NCBI GenBank assembly: GCA_963823665.1
Contig: CAWGMQ010000011.1
Location: 864,001-928,000 of the forward strand
DNA length: 64,000 bases
Reading direction: 5' to 3'
From: an uncultured Planctomycetota bacterium
GTDB taxonomy: Bacteria; Planctomycetota; Planctomycetia; Isosphaerales; Isosphaeraceae
The notes beneath the pieces were generated by a model. That model was not told the DNA's origin. It did not search any database and worked only from the letters and a program-made list of their open reading frames with translations. Made by a program: the position numbers and the translations under genes. This document shows, in pieces, positions 1 through 11,641 of the stretch; positions within the stretch are counted from its first letter, which is position 1, and every line of letters begins with the position of its first letter.

Positions 1-998
1 AATGCCTTGTTCCACTCACGAATACCTTCCTCGACGTAGGGCCGATATTCGAGCGGCACATTGTCTTCCACATACCAGACGATCTGCTTGCGCGGAGGCG
101 AGAGCTTGGCGGATGGGTTCGCCTTCTCGAGGCGCCAGCGATTGATCATACGAACGAAGTTGGAATCGGCGTCGGTGCTGCCGAAATCCTTGGTCGCGCT
201 CAAGAAGTGGCCGACCCGGTCATCGGCCATTCGCGTCCGGTAGCCGAAATCAGGCGTCTTCATCACGCTGTAGTGAATGACCACGGTGATGCCGCGGCCG
301 TCGGCCACGCCGCCGGAACTTCCACGACCCATTCGCGTGCCGGCGCCTGCGAACGTCGTCTCGAGCTCGAGCTCCATGTTGTCATGAAAACCCTTGACCT
401 TGGTCCACTGACTACGGCTGCGATCGATCATGCCCAGGTTGAGCTGGGCGAAATCGGTCATGAAGATATCGGAGAAGTCGATCAGGACCGAGCCCTTCAT
501 CGGGTTCATCGAGATGATCGGCAGCGCCATCAGGATCGAGTCGGTGTAATTCTGCTTCACCGACTTGTCGATTGGAGTGCCGCCGGGCGCGGTGAAGTGG
601 GAGTTGCGTCTCACGAGCTGCACGCGGTCACCGACGCGGCGGAAGATCAGCACGGTTTCGTCGTCGCCGACGGGCACGCCGGCCGACGCGAGTCCGCGGG
701 CGATCGTGATCGGCACCAGCAGCGTCTGGTTGAACTGGTCGGGCCGGATCTCGGCGTAGAGATGCTCGCCGGTCTTGTGCAGGGTGAACAGGCCGTCGAT
801 CTTCTCGGCCCCCCGCGTCACTTCGTTGAAGTCGCGGAACTGGGTCGGCCTCCCGCGGTTTGGTCCACCGGCCCTCGCTGCGTTGATCACGGACTCGAAA
901 TCGACGCCCTCCGGCCGAGACTCCTGCGCAGGCAGGTCGGCCGCGATGAGCATGGCGACGATCGCCGTAGCCCATCCCGATGCGATGGTGCGAATCAT
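1..998 (-). CDS. Secreted zinc-dependent metalloprotease (DUF5118/DUF5117/DUF4953-type), N-terminal part; runs off the window
   Basis: Manual translation from ATG 998 (GAGGAG SD upstream): MIRTIASGWATAIVAMLIAADLPAQ...KIDGLFTLHKTGEHLYAEI...RMADDRVGHF...FVRMINRWRLEK...PRKQIVWYVEDNVPLEYRPYVEEGIREWNKAF. Absent from the ORF track because it has no stop in the window. Confidence 0.85.
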   Translation of the reverse strand, partial: MIRTIASGWATAIVAMLIAADLPAQESRPEGVDFESVINAARAGGPNRGRPTQFRDFNEVTRGAEKIDGLFTLHKTGEHLYAEIRPDQFNQTLLVPITIARGLASAGVPVGDDETVLIFRRVGDRVQLVRRNSHFTAPGGTPIDKSVKQNYTDSILMALPIISMNPMKGSVLIDFSDIFMTDFAQLNLGMIDRSRSQWTKVKGFHDNMELELETTFAGAGTRMGRGSSGGVADGRGITVVIHYSVMKTPDFGYRTRMADDRVGHFLSATKDFGSTDADSNFVRMINRWRLEKANPSAKLSPPRKQIVWYVEDNVPLEYRPYVEEGIREWNKA

Positions 999-1320
999 AA
1001 AGCGCTCCTCGATCGATCAGTAACGTCCGGCAACAGTCACGCTCATGCGCCGTCAGCCGTCACGCGTTATTGAAGGATCCCTTGAAGTGGAAACCTGTTG
1101 TGGTTCGTGTGGTCCCGGCGGCTCGCCCGGCCATCCTTGAAGTCGCCTGGCTCGATTGCGTAAAGCTTCGCCGTCTTGCCCGGCCGTCATATTCTCTATC
1201 TTGACGAACGAATTCGTCGGAAGCAAGCCGAGGGGTTTGACATTTGACGTAACCTCCCTCGCCGGGCCATCATTACCGGTATGCGGAGCGAGCGTGGTTG
1301 CGACAATCGGAGCGACTCCC

Positions 1321-1983
1321 ATGAAGAATGCTGCCTGCCTGTTGATGGCCCCGTTCATTCTGCATCCGGCTTTTCTCTTGCCGGAAATTCCCAGCGAAGC
1401 GCAGCCCGAGGTTGCAAAGAAACAGGAGTATCGAAAGGGGATCGAAGAGACCACTTCGACGCAAATCATCAATGTTACATCGTGTAAGATGGAGGAGGCA
1501 GCCGGCGGAATGGTCATCCGCGGCAGGATATTTCGTACTGCCGATCCTGTGGTGCTCGAGAAGGAGCGACGAGCGGCAGAGCAGGACTTCAAGGCTGCTC
1601 TTGCCGACTTGCGCACTCAATCCGCGAAATGGGGGTTGACCCGCTCGGAGCGGGACTCAATCGCAAGGCAAATCCGTTACGTAAAGCTCAAGCTCGAGAG
1701 CCAGGAACGAGAGGTCCCTCACGACGTGGATTGGATTTGGCTCACTGTTGTCCCGGATTCGGGTCAGGCACGCTATCGCCAGTGGTCTGCGCCGTGCCCG
1801 ATTACAGGGGAGGTCTTCGACGCGATAAAGGACGGCATTGAGTTCCGCGAATACCACTTGACGATCCCAAAGAGTAACTTTCCTGGCAGAGTCACGGCGA
1901 TCATCAACCCGATTGATGCCGTTAACGATAAAGGTCAAGCCATTCACTACGGCAGCCTCACGATCGACGTTGTTGTCGAGTGA
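1321..1983 (+). CDS. Hypothetical protein, possibly exported
   Basis: Open frame with a hydrophobic N-terminus (MKNAACLLMAPFILHPAFLL) and a coiled-coil-like middle; start codon uncertain. Confidence 0.55.
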   Translation: MKNAACLLMAPFILHPAFLLPEIPSEAQPEVAKKQEYRKGIEETTSTQIINVTSCKMEEAAGGMVIRGRIFRTADPVVLEKERRAAEQDFKAALADLRTQSAKWGLTRSERDSIARQIRYVKLKLESQEREVPHDVDWIWLTVVPDSGQARYRQWSAPCPITGEVFDAIKDGIEFREYHLTIPKSNFPGRVTAIINPIDAVNDKGQAIHYGSLTIDVVVE

Positions 1984-2116
1984 GGTGACTGACGAATCAT
2001 CGACCGGCGCCCATCGCTTCGCTATGATCAATGCACGAAAATCAGGACGGTTGCTAAAGTGACGTGTGTGCCAAGGTTGATGACCAGCACAACCACCATG
2101 AGGGAGATTTTGATCG

Positions 2117-2983
2117 ATGAGCAACGCAAAATCGAGCGCGCTACTTGAGAATGACGTGACGCGACGCGGATTTGTGATGACTTCGCTCGCAGCCGGATTC
2201 GCCGTGGCCACGCAGCCGGTCTCGGCGCAAACCATCACGACGGATACCCAGGGGCTCACGGCCGGCGAGGTGAAGATACCGGTGACCGACGGCGAAATCC
2301 CCGCCTATCGGGCACTGCCGGCATCGGGAGGACCGTTCCCGGTCGTGCTCGTGGTGCAAGAGATCTTCGGCGTTCACGAACACATCAAGGACATCTGCCG
2401 GCGGCTGGCGAAGCTCGGATACTTCGCGGTGGCACCGGAGATGTACGCTCGCCAGGGGGATGTTTCCAAGCTGAAGGCGTTTCCTGACATCCTCAAGATT
2501 GTGAACAAGGTGCCCGACGCACAGGTGATGTCTGACCTGGACGCCGCCGTCGCCTGGGCCAAGGCGGGCGGCAAGGCCGACACCGCCAAGCTCGCAATCA
2601 CCGGATTCTGCTGGGGAGGCCGAATCGTTTGGCTTTATTCCGCACACAACCCGGGCCTCAAAGCGGGCGTGGCCTGGTACGGCCGATTGGTCGAGAAAGG
2701 TGACGAGCTGCGCCCCAAGTATCCCATCGATCTTGTCGATTCGCTCAAGGCGCCCGTGCTTGGGCTCTACGGTGAAGCCGACGGAAGCATCCCGGTTGCT
2801 TCTGTCGAGAAGATGCGCACGGCCCTCAAAGAGGCCGGCAAGCCATCCGAAATCGTGCTCTACCCTGACACACCCCACGCGTTTTTCGCCGATTACAGAG
2901 AAAATTACCGCAAGACTCAGGCTGAGGACGGCTGGAAGCGAATGCTCGCGTGGTTCAAGAAGTACGAAGTCGCCGGATCGTGA
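2117..2983 (+). CDS. Dienelactone hydrolase family protein with Tat signal
   Basis: TRRGFV twin-arginine motif; VQEIFGV, GFCWGG nucleophile, YGEAD and HAFFADYR motifs. Confidence 0.92.
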   Translation: MSNAKSSALLENDVTRRGFVMTSLAAGFAVATQPVSAQTITTDTQGLTAGEVKIPVTDGEIPAYRALPASGGPFPVVLVVQEIFGVHEHIKDICRRLAKLGYFAVAPEMYARQGDVSKLKAFPDILKIVNKVPDAQVMSDLDAAVAWAKAGGKADTAKLAITGFCWGGRIVWLYSAHNPGLKAGVAWYGRLVEKGDELRPKYPIDLVDSLKAPVLGLYGEADGSIPVASVEKMRTALKEAGKPSEIVLYPDTPHAFFADYRENYRKTQAEDGWKRMLAWFKKYEVAGS

Positions 2984-3034
2984 CCTGATCCGGGCGGGAA
3001 CGCATCGCGCCAGGGAGTCAATCCGTCGCCGGCC

Positions 3035-4695
3035 ATGAAGCGTTTGATGCTGTTTGACTGGATGCGTCGCCACAAGATCGCGACGCTCGTGCCGGCGATG
3101 CTCGCGGCCTTCGTGGTCGCGGCCTGGCTGGTTCGCGGCGATGCCGGCTCACCGGCCGTGCTCGCGACCGCGGTCGCGAGCCTCCGCTCAGCGGAGACTT
3201 GCCTCGAGCGCTCGCAACTGGCCGAAGCGGAGCGCGAGTGCGGGCGCGCGATCGAGATCCTCGATTCGCTCGCGATGCGTTCTGGCGATCCCCGGATTCG
3301 CTTCGAGCAAGCCGCTGCGCTCGAGACGATGGCTCTGATTCAATCGGCCACCGACCGCCGCGACCAGGCTGACATGTTTTTCCGGAAGGCAATTCCTATA
3401 TGGGCGCGGTTGCTCGGCGACAACCAGGCTGATTCGACAGTTCGCTGGTACCTGGCGAGATGTCTGGCGCGCCATGGCTCGCTCTTGAGCGATGCGGGCC
3501 GCTGGGAGGAAGCCGACAAGACCCTCTGGCGTGGCGATGCCGCTTGCGAAACTCGCATTCGCAACGTTCCTTCTGACGAACGAATCGATCGCGAGCGGGT
3601 GTTGATCAAGAATCAGCTCGGACTGTTGTTCCTCCGCACGGACCGCGGGGCTCTCGCGCTTGAGCAGTTCGAGAGTGCCGCCTCGTACCAGCAAGAGTTG
3701 ATCGGAGCATCTTCGCCCGCCGCAGACGACCTGGAGCTCTTGATTTCACTGCGCCGTAACCAGGCCCGGACATACTCTGCGACCGACCAGCCGGCCGCCG
3801 CGCAGCGCACGCTTGGCGAGGCTCGCGCACTCGCCGAGCGTCTGACCGCCCTTTATCCCTCGACCGCCCGTTATCAGGACCTTTTGGCAACGCTCATCGA
3901 ACACCAGGCCGAGGTGACTGGTGGGGATACGGGCAGTAGGGCGCAGTGCCGCGAGCTGATCGCCCGCGCCGTTGCCATCCGCGAAGCGCTCGCGGCCCGC
4001 TCGCCCGATGAGCCCCTCTACGTTGAAAAACTCGCGACGAGCTACGGCAAATTGGCGGAAGAGTGCCTGCGTGCCAGTGCGTTCGCCGAGGCCGAGGAGT
4101 ACGCGCGGAAAGAGGTCTCGTGCCAGTCGAAGCTGCTGAACGAACATCCCGGCGTCCTTGCATACCGGTTTGGCCGCGGCCGGGCGCTGCATAATCTCGC
4201 CGATCTGTTGCGCGGGCGTGGGCGAGGCGCGGAAGCCCTGTCGCTTGCGCCAGGCCGCCCCCCTGCTCGCCGCCGTCCATCGCGACAACCTGCTCGACGC
4301 ACTCCATCGACAGGCGGCCAGCAACGCGTACTGGAGCCTCTGCACGCTCGAGCTCGACCAGATGGACCATCGAGCCGCGGCCGAGGCCGTCTCTGCTCTT
4401 CAGGCGATCGAGCCGCGCGGATTCGAAGAAGCACGCGAATCGGCCGGATTTTTGTGCCGATGCGTCGCGCTGTGCCGTGACGATCACGGCTCGCCCCCGG
4501 CTGAACTCGAGAAACTCGCGCGATCGTATGCCGATCGAGCGATCGCTGCGCTACAGACAGCCGTCCGATCCGGATTTCGGGATCGGAGTGAACTTACGAA
4601 TTCGCGCGTTTACGACCCGCTGCGAAATCGCCCGGACTTCGCGCGCGTTCTGCGGGAAGTCGCTGCGATCGACCAAGGCGCTCAAGGAAGGTTGA
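3035..4695 (+). CDS. Membrane-anchored TPR-repeat protein (frameshifts near 4250 and 4670)
   Basis: N-terminal TM helix and TPR-like repeats. It continues in a second frame ending ...AIAALQTAVRSGFRDRSEL...YDPLRNRPDF, the usual end of planctomycete TPR arrays. Stop inferred at TGA 4693-4695. Confidence 0.7.
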
Positions 4696-4730
4696 ACCGT
4701 CTTCCATCTTCCGATCGACCGAGTGAACTG

Positions 4731-6620
4731 ATGGGCCACATCCTTCTGTCACTGATATTGTTCCAGAGCATGGTCGCCCGCCTGGCCGAAGAGGACACGG
4801 CGGTCGATCGCATCGAGCCGCCTTCCTGGTGGACGTCGAAGCAGCCGCAACGAATCAGTCTATTGATCGAAGGCCGCGGTCTGAATGGAGCGGCGGTCGC
4901 GATGGAAGGCGGGTCGTTATCGGTGCGAGAAGTGCAACATGATCCAGGCGGCAGGGCCTTGTTGGCCGAGCTTACGATTCCTGCCGGCTCGGGCGCCGCT
5001 GACCTTCAGGTCTTGGTGAACTCGAAAGGGCGAGCATTCCGGGTCCCGTGGGCCCTCCATACCCAGCCCGCCCGCAAACCTGACCCTTTCGGGCTCGATG
5101 ACGTCATCTACCTGATCATGCCAGATCGGTTTGCCGACGGCGACTTGTCGAACAACGAAGTCGACGGCGGTGACCGGATGCTCGACCGCAAATCGGCCGA
5201 CGCCTACCACGGCGGCGACTTCGAGGGTATCAGGCAACGGCTGCCATACCTGAAGGATCTCGGCGTCACAGCCATCTGGCTCACACCGATCTACGGGCCC
5301 GACTCGCACTGGCTGGTCTTTCCGTCCGGAGGGCCCGCGCAGCCGAATGGCCAGCCAGCGATGCGCCGGATGGCCGAGTATCACGGCTACGCCCCTGTTG
5401 ACTTTTACAGCACGAATCGCCGGTTTGGCACGCTTGAGGAATATCAGAAGCTCGTCGCGGAGATCCACCGGCTGGGCATGAAGATCGTTCAGGACCAGAT
5501 CCTCGGCTACACGGGCCCGCGGCACCACTGGCTGAAGTCACCGCCATTCGATCGCTGGTTCCACGGCTCGCTCGCCCATCCGCCTTCGTGCACCTTTCGA
5601 TATGACGTACTGGTCAATCCCCACGCCGGCGAGGCAGAGCGCCGCGGGGTCACCGACGGGTGGTTCTTCGGCATCCTTCCTGATCTGAATACGCAGGATC
5701 CACGCGTCCGACGATATGCGATGCAGCAGAGCATCTGGTGGGCGGTTCGATGCGAGGCCGACGTGCTCCGGCTCGACACGTATCCGCTGGTCGAGCGCAC
5801 GTTCTGGCGAGACTGGAGCCGCGAGCGCGAAGCGGCCAGGCCAGGGCTCTCCGTCGTCGGCGAGGCGTGGGTGACGGATCCGGCCCAGCTTTCCTTCTTC
5901 CAGGGCGGCCGTACCGGGTGGGATGGCATCGACCCCGGTGTCGGCTGGGTGTTCGATTTTCCGTTGAATCTAGCGATCGTACAGGTCTTCGGCGGCAGGC
6001 TGCCTGTTTCCCGGCTGGCCCAGGTCCTGGCGCGTGACAGCCTTTACGATCGGCCCGATCGCCTGGTTACATTCCTGGACAACCACGACACGTTGCGCCT
6101 CGCGGGCTTACCGGGCGTGACGCCCGCACGTTACCGGGTGGCGATCACGTTTCTCCTCACGTCGCGTGGCGTTCCGCAGATGTCGTGGGGCGACGAGCTC
6201 GGCATCCCCGGCCACATGGACGACCGTCGGGATTTCCCAGGCGGCTTCCCCGGCGACGAGCGAAACGCCTTCGAGCCCTCGGGCCGCACCGCGGTCGAGC
6301 AAAGCACGTTCGAGACGTGGGTAACGCTCCTGCGGTTGCGCCGATCAAGCCCCGCCCTGCGCCGCGGTAAGCTGGTGGACTTGAGCGTCACAGATACAAC
6401 GTATGCTTATCTCCGCGAGCTGGGCGACGAGCGCATGGTCGTCGTCCTGAACCTGGCGGGCGGGCCCGCCACCGTGCGGATTCCGGCCGAGAGAATCAAG
6501 GGGGCCTCGGGGGTGGAAGCGGTGTATGGGTCCGGATCTGCGCGACTGGACGATCGGGGACTGGTCGTCGAGCTTCCTGGAGAATCGGCGACGGTGTTGC
6601 GGGCGCTTTCGGGGCGTTGA
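4731..6620 (+). CDS. GH13 alpha-amylase family, cyclomaltodextrinase/neopullulanase-like
   Basis: N-domain VDRIEPPSWW; DVIYLIMPDRFADGD, YHGGDFEG, YHGY, LRLDT, VGEAW and FLDNHD catalytic regions. Confidence 0.9.
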   Translation: MGHILLSLILFQSMVARLAEEDTAVDRIEPPSWWTSKQPQRISLLIEGRGLNGAAVAMEGGSLSVREVQHDPGGRALLAELTIPAGSGAADLQVLVNSKGRAFRVPWALHTQPARKPDPFGLDDVIYLIMPDRFADGDLSNNEVDGGDRMLDRKSADAYHGGDFEGIRQRLPYLKDLGVTAIWLTPIYGPDSHWLVFPSGGPAQPNGQPAMRRMAEYHGYAPVDFYSTNRRFGTLEEYQKLVAEIHRLGMKIVQDQILGYTGPRHHWLKSPPFDRWFHGSLAHPPSCTFRYDVLVNPHAGEAERRGVTDGWFFGILPDLNTQDPRVRRYAMQQSIWWAVRCEADVLRLDTYPLVERTFWRDWSREREAARPGLSVVGEAWVTDPAQLSFFQGGRTGWDGIDPGVGWVFDFPLNLAIVQVFGGRLPVSRLAQVLARDSLYDRPDRLVTFLDNHDTLRLAGLPGVTPARYRVAITFLLTSRGVPQMSWGDELGIPGHMDDRRDFPGGFPGDERNAFEPSGRTAVEQSTFETWVTLLRLRRSSPALRRGKLVDLSVTDTTYAYLRELGDERMVVVLNLAGGPATVRIPAERIKGASGVEAVYGSGSARLDDRGLVVELPGESATVLRALSGR

Positions 6621-6809
6621 TCGTTGCCTGGAGCGTTTGTTCCCTCCATGCGCGCGGAATTCCCGGCCAGGGGGTGGCGGCGCATTGCCCGTTTCGGTCA
6701 ATATAGTGACAAGGACGTCACGCTCTCTTCTAAACGTCCGTTCATCAAGCCCTGCCTGCGTTGTCGTTGAATTCCCACTTGCCACTCATGTGGCCCGCCG
6801 CCCGGACCG

Positions 6810-9470
6810 ATGGATCAGCCAATGGTCCCCACGATCAGCAATGAGCTGAGTGTTTCGCGGAACAGGTCCACCTGCCGGGAGACCTGTACGCTCCCCTCGT
6901 ACTGGGTTGCGGGCATCGCTGCCTTCATGCTCATTTGGTGTACGCTGGGCTCTCGAGGTTCGGCCGCCGATTACCCGGTGCTGGCCCGTTATTCGGAAAA
7001 CATCCAGCCGCTTCTCGAGCAATACTGCTATGGCTGCCACGGCCTCGGTGCGAAGAAGGGGGGGTGGCGCTCGACGGGTTCGCGGATGCGAAGGCCGCTC
7101 TGAATGCCCCACAGTTGTGGCACGCCGTGCTCAAGAATGTCCGGTCCGGGATCATGCCACCGGCCGATAAACCGCAGCCATCGGCTGACGAGCGCCGGTT
7201 GCTCGAGGATTGGATCAAGCGGGGGCGCTCGGGATCGACCCTAACGACCCTGATCCAGGCCGGGTCACGGTCCGCCGGCTCAACCGGGTCGAGTATCGGA
7301 ACACGATCCGCGACCTGCTCGGCGTGGACTACGACACGACCAACGAGTTCCCACCGGATGACACCGGCAATGGGTTCGACAATAACGGCGACGTGCTGAC
7401 GGTTTCGCCGTTGCTGCTCGAAAAGTACTTGAGCGCGGCCAACACGATCATCAGCCGGGCCGTGCCCGTGGTCTCGAGAGTTGTGGCGGAGCGGGTGATC
7501 CCGGGCTCGAGTTTCCAGAAAGCCGGGGGCTCGAAAGACGACTCCGGGGGGATTTCGCTGTCCTATTACGAGCCTTCGAAAGCCACGTCGACCGTCACGA
7601 TCGAGCATGAGGGTCGATACAGACTGCTACTTGACTTGAAGGCGACCGAGAAATACGTCGACGGTCAAAACGATCAGAACCGGTGCCGCGTTCTGTTCCT
7701 CGCCGATGGTGAGGAGCTCTTCGCCGCGATTTCTTGCGACAGGACAACAAGCCGTTCCGCTTCGAATTTGATCGCGAGTGGAAGGCCGCGCCGCACACGC
7801 TCGCGGTGGAGGTCCAGCCGCTGGCGCCCGGTGAGAATCGGGTTCGATCGCTGGCGGTCCGCATCGAGTCGGTGACCCTCCGCGGGCCGAAGGACGAGCG
7901 GTACTGGGTTCGTCCGGCTGATTACGCCCGTTTCTTCCCGCGAGAGGTTCCCCACGACCCCGTGGCGCGCAGACTCTACGCTCGCGAGATCCTTGCCCGG
8001 TTTGCCGAGCGGGCGTTTCGGCGCCCCGTCGATGATGCCACGAAAGACCGTCTGGCGGCCCTGGCCGAAGCGGTCTCGGCTCGTGATGGGCAAACGTTCG
8101 AGGGGGGTGTGGCGCAGGCGATGGCGGCGGTGCTGACTTCGCCCCGGTTCCTCTTCCGTGAGGAGGATGCCGAGCCGGGAAGCTCGGCCCGGTATCCGTT
8201 CGTCGACGAATACGCCCTGGCATCGCGGCTCTCCTACTTCTTGTGGTCGTCGATGCCCGACGCCGAGCTGATGCGGCTGGCCGCAGAGCACAAGCTGCGC
8301 GCGAACCTTCGGGCGCAGGTCGACCGGATGCTCGCCGACTCGCGCTCGGCGGAATTCATCCGCAACTTTGTGGGCCAGTGGCTCCAGGCCCGCGACATCG
8401 AGTCGGTGATCATCAATACCTTCGCGGTGATCTCTCGCGATCAGGTGCCGGACCCCGAGGCGGAGAAGCGTCGCGCCCGGTTCCGCGAGCTGACCCGCAA
8501 GCCGCCCGAAAAGCTGAGCGAGGCCGAGAAGAAGGAGCTGCAGCAGGCCCGCACTGCATTCTTCGGCTCGTTCCGCCGTTTCCGGGAATTCGAGCTGACC
8601 GGCGATTTGCGCAGGGCCATGCGGCGGGAAACCGAGATGTATTTCGAGCACGTCGTCCGGCAGGATCGGCCGCTCCTTGAGCTGCTCGACAGCGATTACG
8701 CGTTCCTGAACGCGCGGCTCGCGAAGCACTACGGTATCGAAGGCGTTCAGGGCGATGCGATCGGGCTCGTGAAACTGCCCGCCGGCAGTGCTCGCGGCGG
8801 TATCTTGACGCAGGGCACCGTCCTCGCCGTCACGTCGAACCCCGACCGGACCTCGCCCGTGAAACGCGGCCTCTACATCCTCGAGAACATCCTGGGCTCG
8901 CCGCCGGCACCCCCGCCGCCGAATATTCCCGCGCTCGAAGACTCCGGCAAAAAAATCGCCGGGCGAACGCCGACCGTGCGCGAGTCGATGGTTCTGCACC
9001 GCAGCGTGGCTTCGTGCGCAGCGTGTCACGCCCGGATGGACCCTCTCGGGCTGGCGCTCGAGAATTTCAATGCTCTCGGCCGATGGCGCGACAAGGAGCG
9101 GGCCGACCCGATCGACGCCTCCGGCAAGCTGATCTCGGGAGAACCGTTCGCGGAAATCAAGGAGCTGAAAAAGATCCTGGTCAACCGGCACCGCCGTGAA
9201 TTCTACCGTTGCCTCACCGAGAAGCTGCTGACCTACGCCCTCGGCCGCGGCCTCGAATCGTATGACGTTGGGTCCGTGGATTCAATCGTCGACAGGATTG
9301 AGGGCGTGGACGGCCACGCCAGGGCCCTGATCGCGGGGATCATTGAATCCACCCCATTCCAGAAGCGCCGGCGATCGGCCAAACTGGATAAGGATGCCAC
9401 GGAACTGCTGGGCCAGAGTGCGGGACTCTCGACCGAACCGCTCAACAAGGGAGCCGATCATGAACGCTGA
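6810..9470 (+). CDS. Planctomycete cytochrome-c/DUF1587-1592-1588-1585 protein (frameshifts near 7060, 7222 and 7725)
   Basis: CYGCH heme motif, MPP, RRLNRVEYRNTIRDLLG, ALASRLSYFLWSSMPDAEL, TSPVKRG, CAACHARMDPLG and KLLTYALGRGL. The first two breaks lie in G homopolymers. Confidence 0.88.
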
Positions 9471-10854
9471 ACTCAACCCCGCTCAGTCACGGCGTCGCGA
9501 CGGGCAGAGCCGCCGTTATTTCCTCCGCGGCCTGGGCGCGTCGGTGGCACTGCCGGCATTCGCGTCGCTTGGAGGTGTGCCCCGGTTGCTCGCCTCGGAG
9601 GGGGCTGGCGCTCTCGCGACGACCGCCGGCGGAATGCCGTTGCGATCAGCGTTTGTCTATTTTCCCAACGGTGCGATCCCGGCATCCTGGTGGCCAGACG
9701 GCGAGGGCGCGGACTTCCAGTTCAGGAAGACACTTCAGCCGCTCGAGCCGCTCAAGGGCTTCGTCCAAGTGCTCGGCGGCCTTGACCACAAGACGGCGGA
9801 GGGTGGCCCCGACGGGGCCGGCGATCACGCGCGGGGCAACGGCACATTCCTGACCGGCGTCCGGCTCAAGAAGAGTGCTACGGACATCAGGGCAGGCGTC
9901 TCCATCGACCAGGTGATCGCGCAGCGGGTTGGCCATCTGACGCGGTTCCCCTCGCTCGAGCTGGCGTGCGATTCGGGCAGGAAATCCGGCGCCTGCGATT
10001 CGGGGTATTCCTGCGCTTATCAGTTCAATCTCTCCTGGAGGTCGCCCACGACGCCGATGCCTCCGGAAACGAACCCGCGACTGGCCTTCGAGCGTCTCTT
10101 CGGTGCCGGGAAGCCCGGCGAGCGCCGGGCAGCACTCGAGCGCCGGCGGCAGGAGCAGCGGTCCGTCCTCGACTTCGCGCTCGAAGACGCACGCTCGATG
10201 CAGCGGCGGCTCGGCTCCGAAGACGCAAAAAAGCTTGACCAGTATCTCGTCGGAGTCCGCGAGATCGAGGCCAGGATTGAAAAGGCCGAACGAATGGGTG
10301 ACGCTCGCGACCCGCAGATCGAGACGCCGCCGGGTGTCCCCCCCGACTTCGCAGATTACGTCCAGCTCATGTTCGACATGTTGATTCTGGCGTTCCAGAC
10401 CGATTCGACCCGGGTGGCGACCCTGATGCTCTCGCACGACGGCAGCAACCGCTCGTTCGACCAGATCGGGATTTCCGAGGGGCATCACGACCTGAGCCAT
10501 CACCAGAACCGGGCGGCGTGGATCCAGAAAGTCGCCGATATCGATCTGTGGTACGCTCGGCAGTTCGCCCGATTTCTGGAAAAGCTCCATTCCACGAAAG
10601 ACTCGGACGGCAAGTCCCTGCTACAGAATTCGATGATCGTCTACGGCAGCGGCAATGCCGACGCAAACCGACATACCCACGACAACCTACCGGTGATTCT
10701 TGCCGGCGGGGGCGGAGGGACCCTCCAGCCGGGGCGATACGTGAAGCACGGCTCCAAGCCGTTCACGAATCTCTATCTGAGCATGGCCGACCGGATGGGG
10801 CTGAGCGACATCGCGCGGTTCGGCGACTCCGACGGCCGTCTCGGTAATATTTAG
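9460..10854 (+). CDS. DUF1552 family protein (Tat-like signal)
   Basis: SRRYFLRGLG, FVYFPNG, SIDQVIA, CDSGYSCAY, AFQTDSTRVAT and HHDLSHH; usual partner of the upstream gene. Confidence 0.92.
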   Translation: MNAELNPAQSRRRDGQSRRYFLRGLGASVALPAFASLGGVPRLLASEGAGALATTAGGMPLRSAFVYFPNGAIPASWWPDGEGADFQFRKTLQPLEPLKGFVQVLGGLDHKTAEGGPDGAGDHARGNGTFLTGVRLKKSATDIRAGVSIDQVIAQRVGHLTRFPSLELACDSGRKSGACDSGYSCAYQFNLSWRSPTTPMPPETNPRLAFERLFGAGKPGERRAALERRRQEQRSVLDFALEDARSMQRRLGSEDAKKLDQYLVGVREIEARIEKAERMGDARDPQIETPPGVPPDFADYVQLMFDMLILAFQTDSTRVATLMLSHDGSNRSFDQIGISEGHHDLSHHQNRAAWIQKVADIDLWYARQFARFLEKLHSTKDSDGKSLLQNSMIVYGSGNADANRHTHDNLPVILAGGGGGTLQPGRYVKHGSKPFTNLYLSMADRMGLSDIARFGDSDGRLGNI

Positions 10855-11533
10855 CTCTTCACAAGTGACACTTCGTGCCCGATCGATTCATCCCGGAACG
10901 TACACGTCTTGAAAGGCGTCTGGGCTGCCATCCGCTGAAAACTCTCCTTCGAATGTGCGCGTTTCAAGAGCATGTGCTTGAACGTCAACTTGATGAACAG
11001 CGAATTCAACCAGCCCACCTGCATTTTGTCCACTTCGGCCGCGATCTCTAGCGAAGTCGCATCGCGCCGCAGGTCGAAAATGGCCGCTTTGCCGCCTGAT
11101 TTGAGCACGCGATACATCTCCTCGATCGCGCGCACCGGTTCGCTGAAGTTCTTGAAGGCGGCCCGGCACACAATCCGATCGAACGAGGCGTCTTCAAACG
11201 GCATGGCGGATGCGTTGCCCAGTCGGAAAGCGACCGCAACCCCCGCCTTCCGGGCGTTCTCGGTCGCGATCTCGACAAGCGTCTTGCTGATGTCCAGGCC
11301 AGTGACCTCGAATTTGCCGAGCCGGGCGAGCTCGATCGCCAGAAAACCCGGCCCGGGGGCGACCTCCAGGATTCTGGCGTTCTCCGGAAGGCCCACGGCG
11401 AGGGCCCGAGCCTCGTTCCTGAATTGCTCGATGCCCTTGCCGGTGGTGCTGGCGTACCAGCGCGCAGCGCCCCATTCATACCCAGTCCCTTGTAACCCTT
11501 CTTGTGCTCCCGCGCTGCAAAAGTGGCACTCAT
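10851..11533 (-). CDS. Class I SAM-dependent methyltransferase (frameshift near 11470)
   Basis: ILEVAPGPG motif I, GLDIS, GNASAMPF and EMYRVLKSGG. The N-terminus MSATFAAREHKKGYKGLGM lies in the adjacent frame. Confidence 0.85.
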
Positions 11534-11583
11534 GGCTGACCTCCGTTACAATCACCCGGAACTCTATTGCCTCGCCCAAAAAG

Positions 11584-11602
11584 TATCTTAGTAACTAAGA
11601 TA
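11584..11602. promoter_or_regulatory. Putative MarR operator
   Basis: Perfect 9-1-9 palindrome TATCTTAGT-A-ACTAAGATA in the AT-rich gap between the divergent methyltransferase and MarR genes. Confidence 0.8.
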
Positions 11603-11641
11603 ATAATCTTCTAAGCGGATTTACCAATCGTGTCAAGAGAC

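Noticed and set aside
207..1073. Long antisense or alternate-frame ORFs (e.g. 207-1073, 7674-9191, 21353-22909, 32124-34448, 54268-55665, 57269-58879)
   Set aside because: Shadow ORFs of real genes in high-GC DNA, with no recognisable motifs.
4158..6620. Apparent 820-aa TPR-amylase fusion
   Set aside because: A probable indel near 4670 hides the TPR stop (TGA 4693). The amylase has its own hydrophobic start at 4731.
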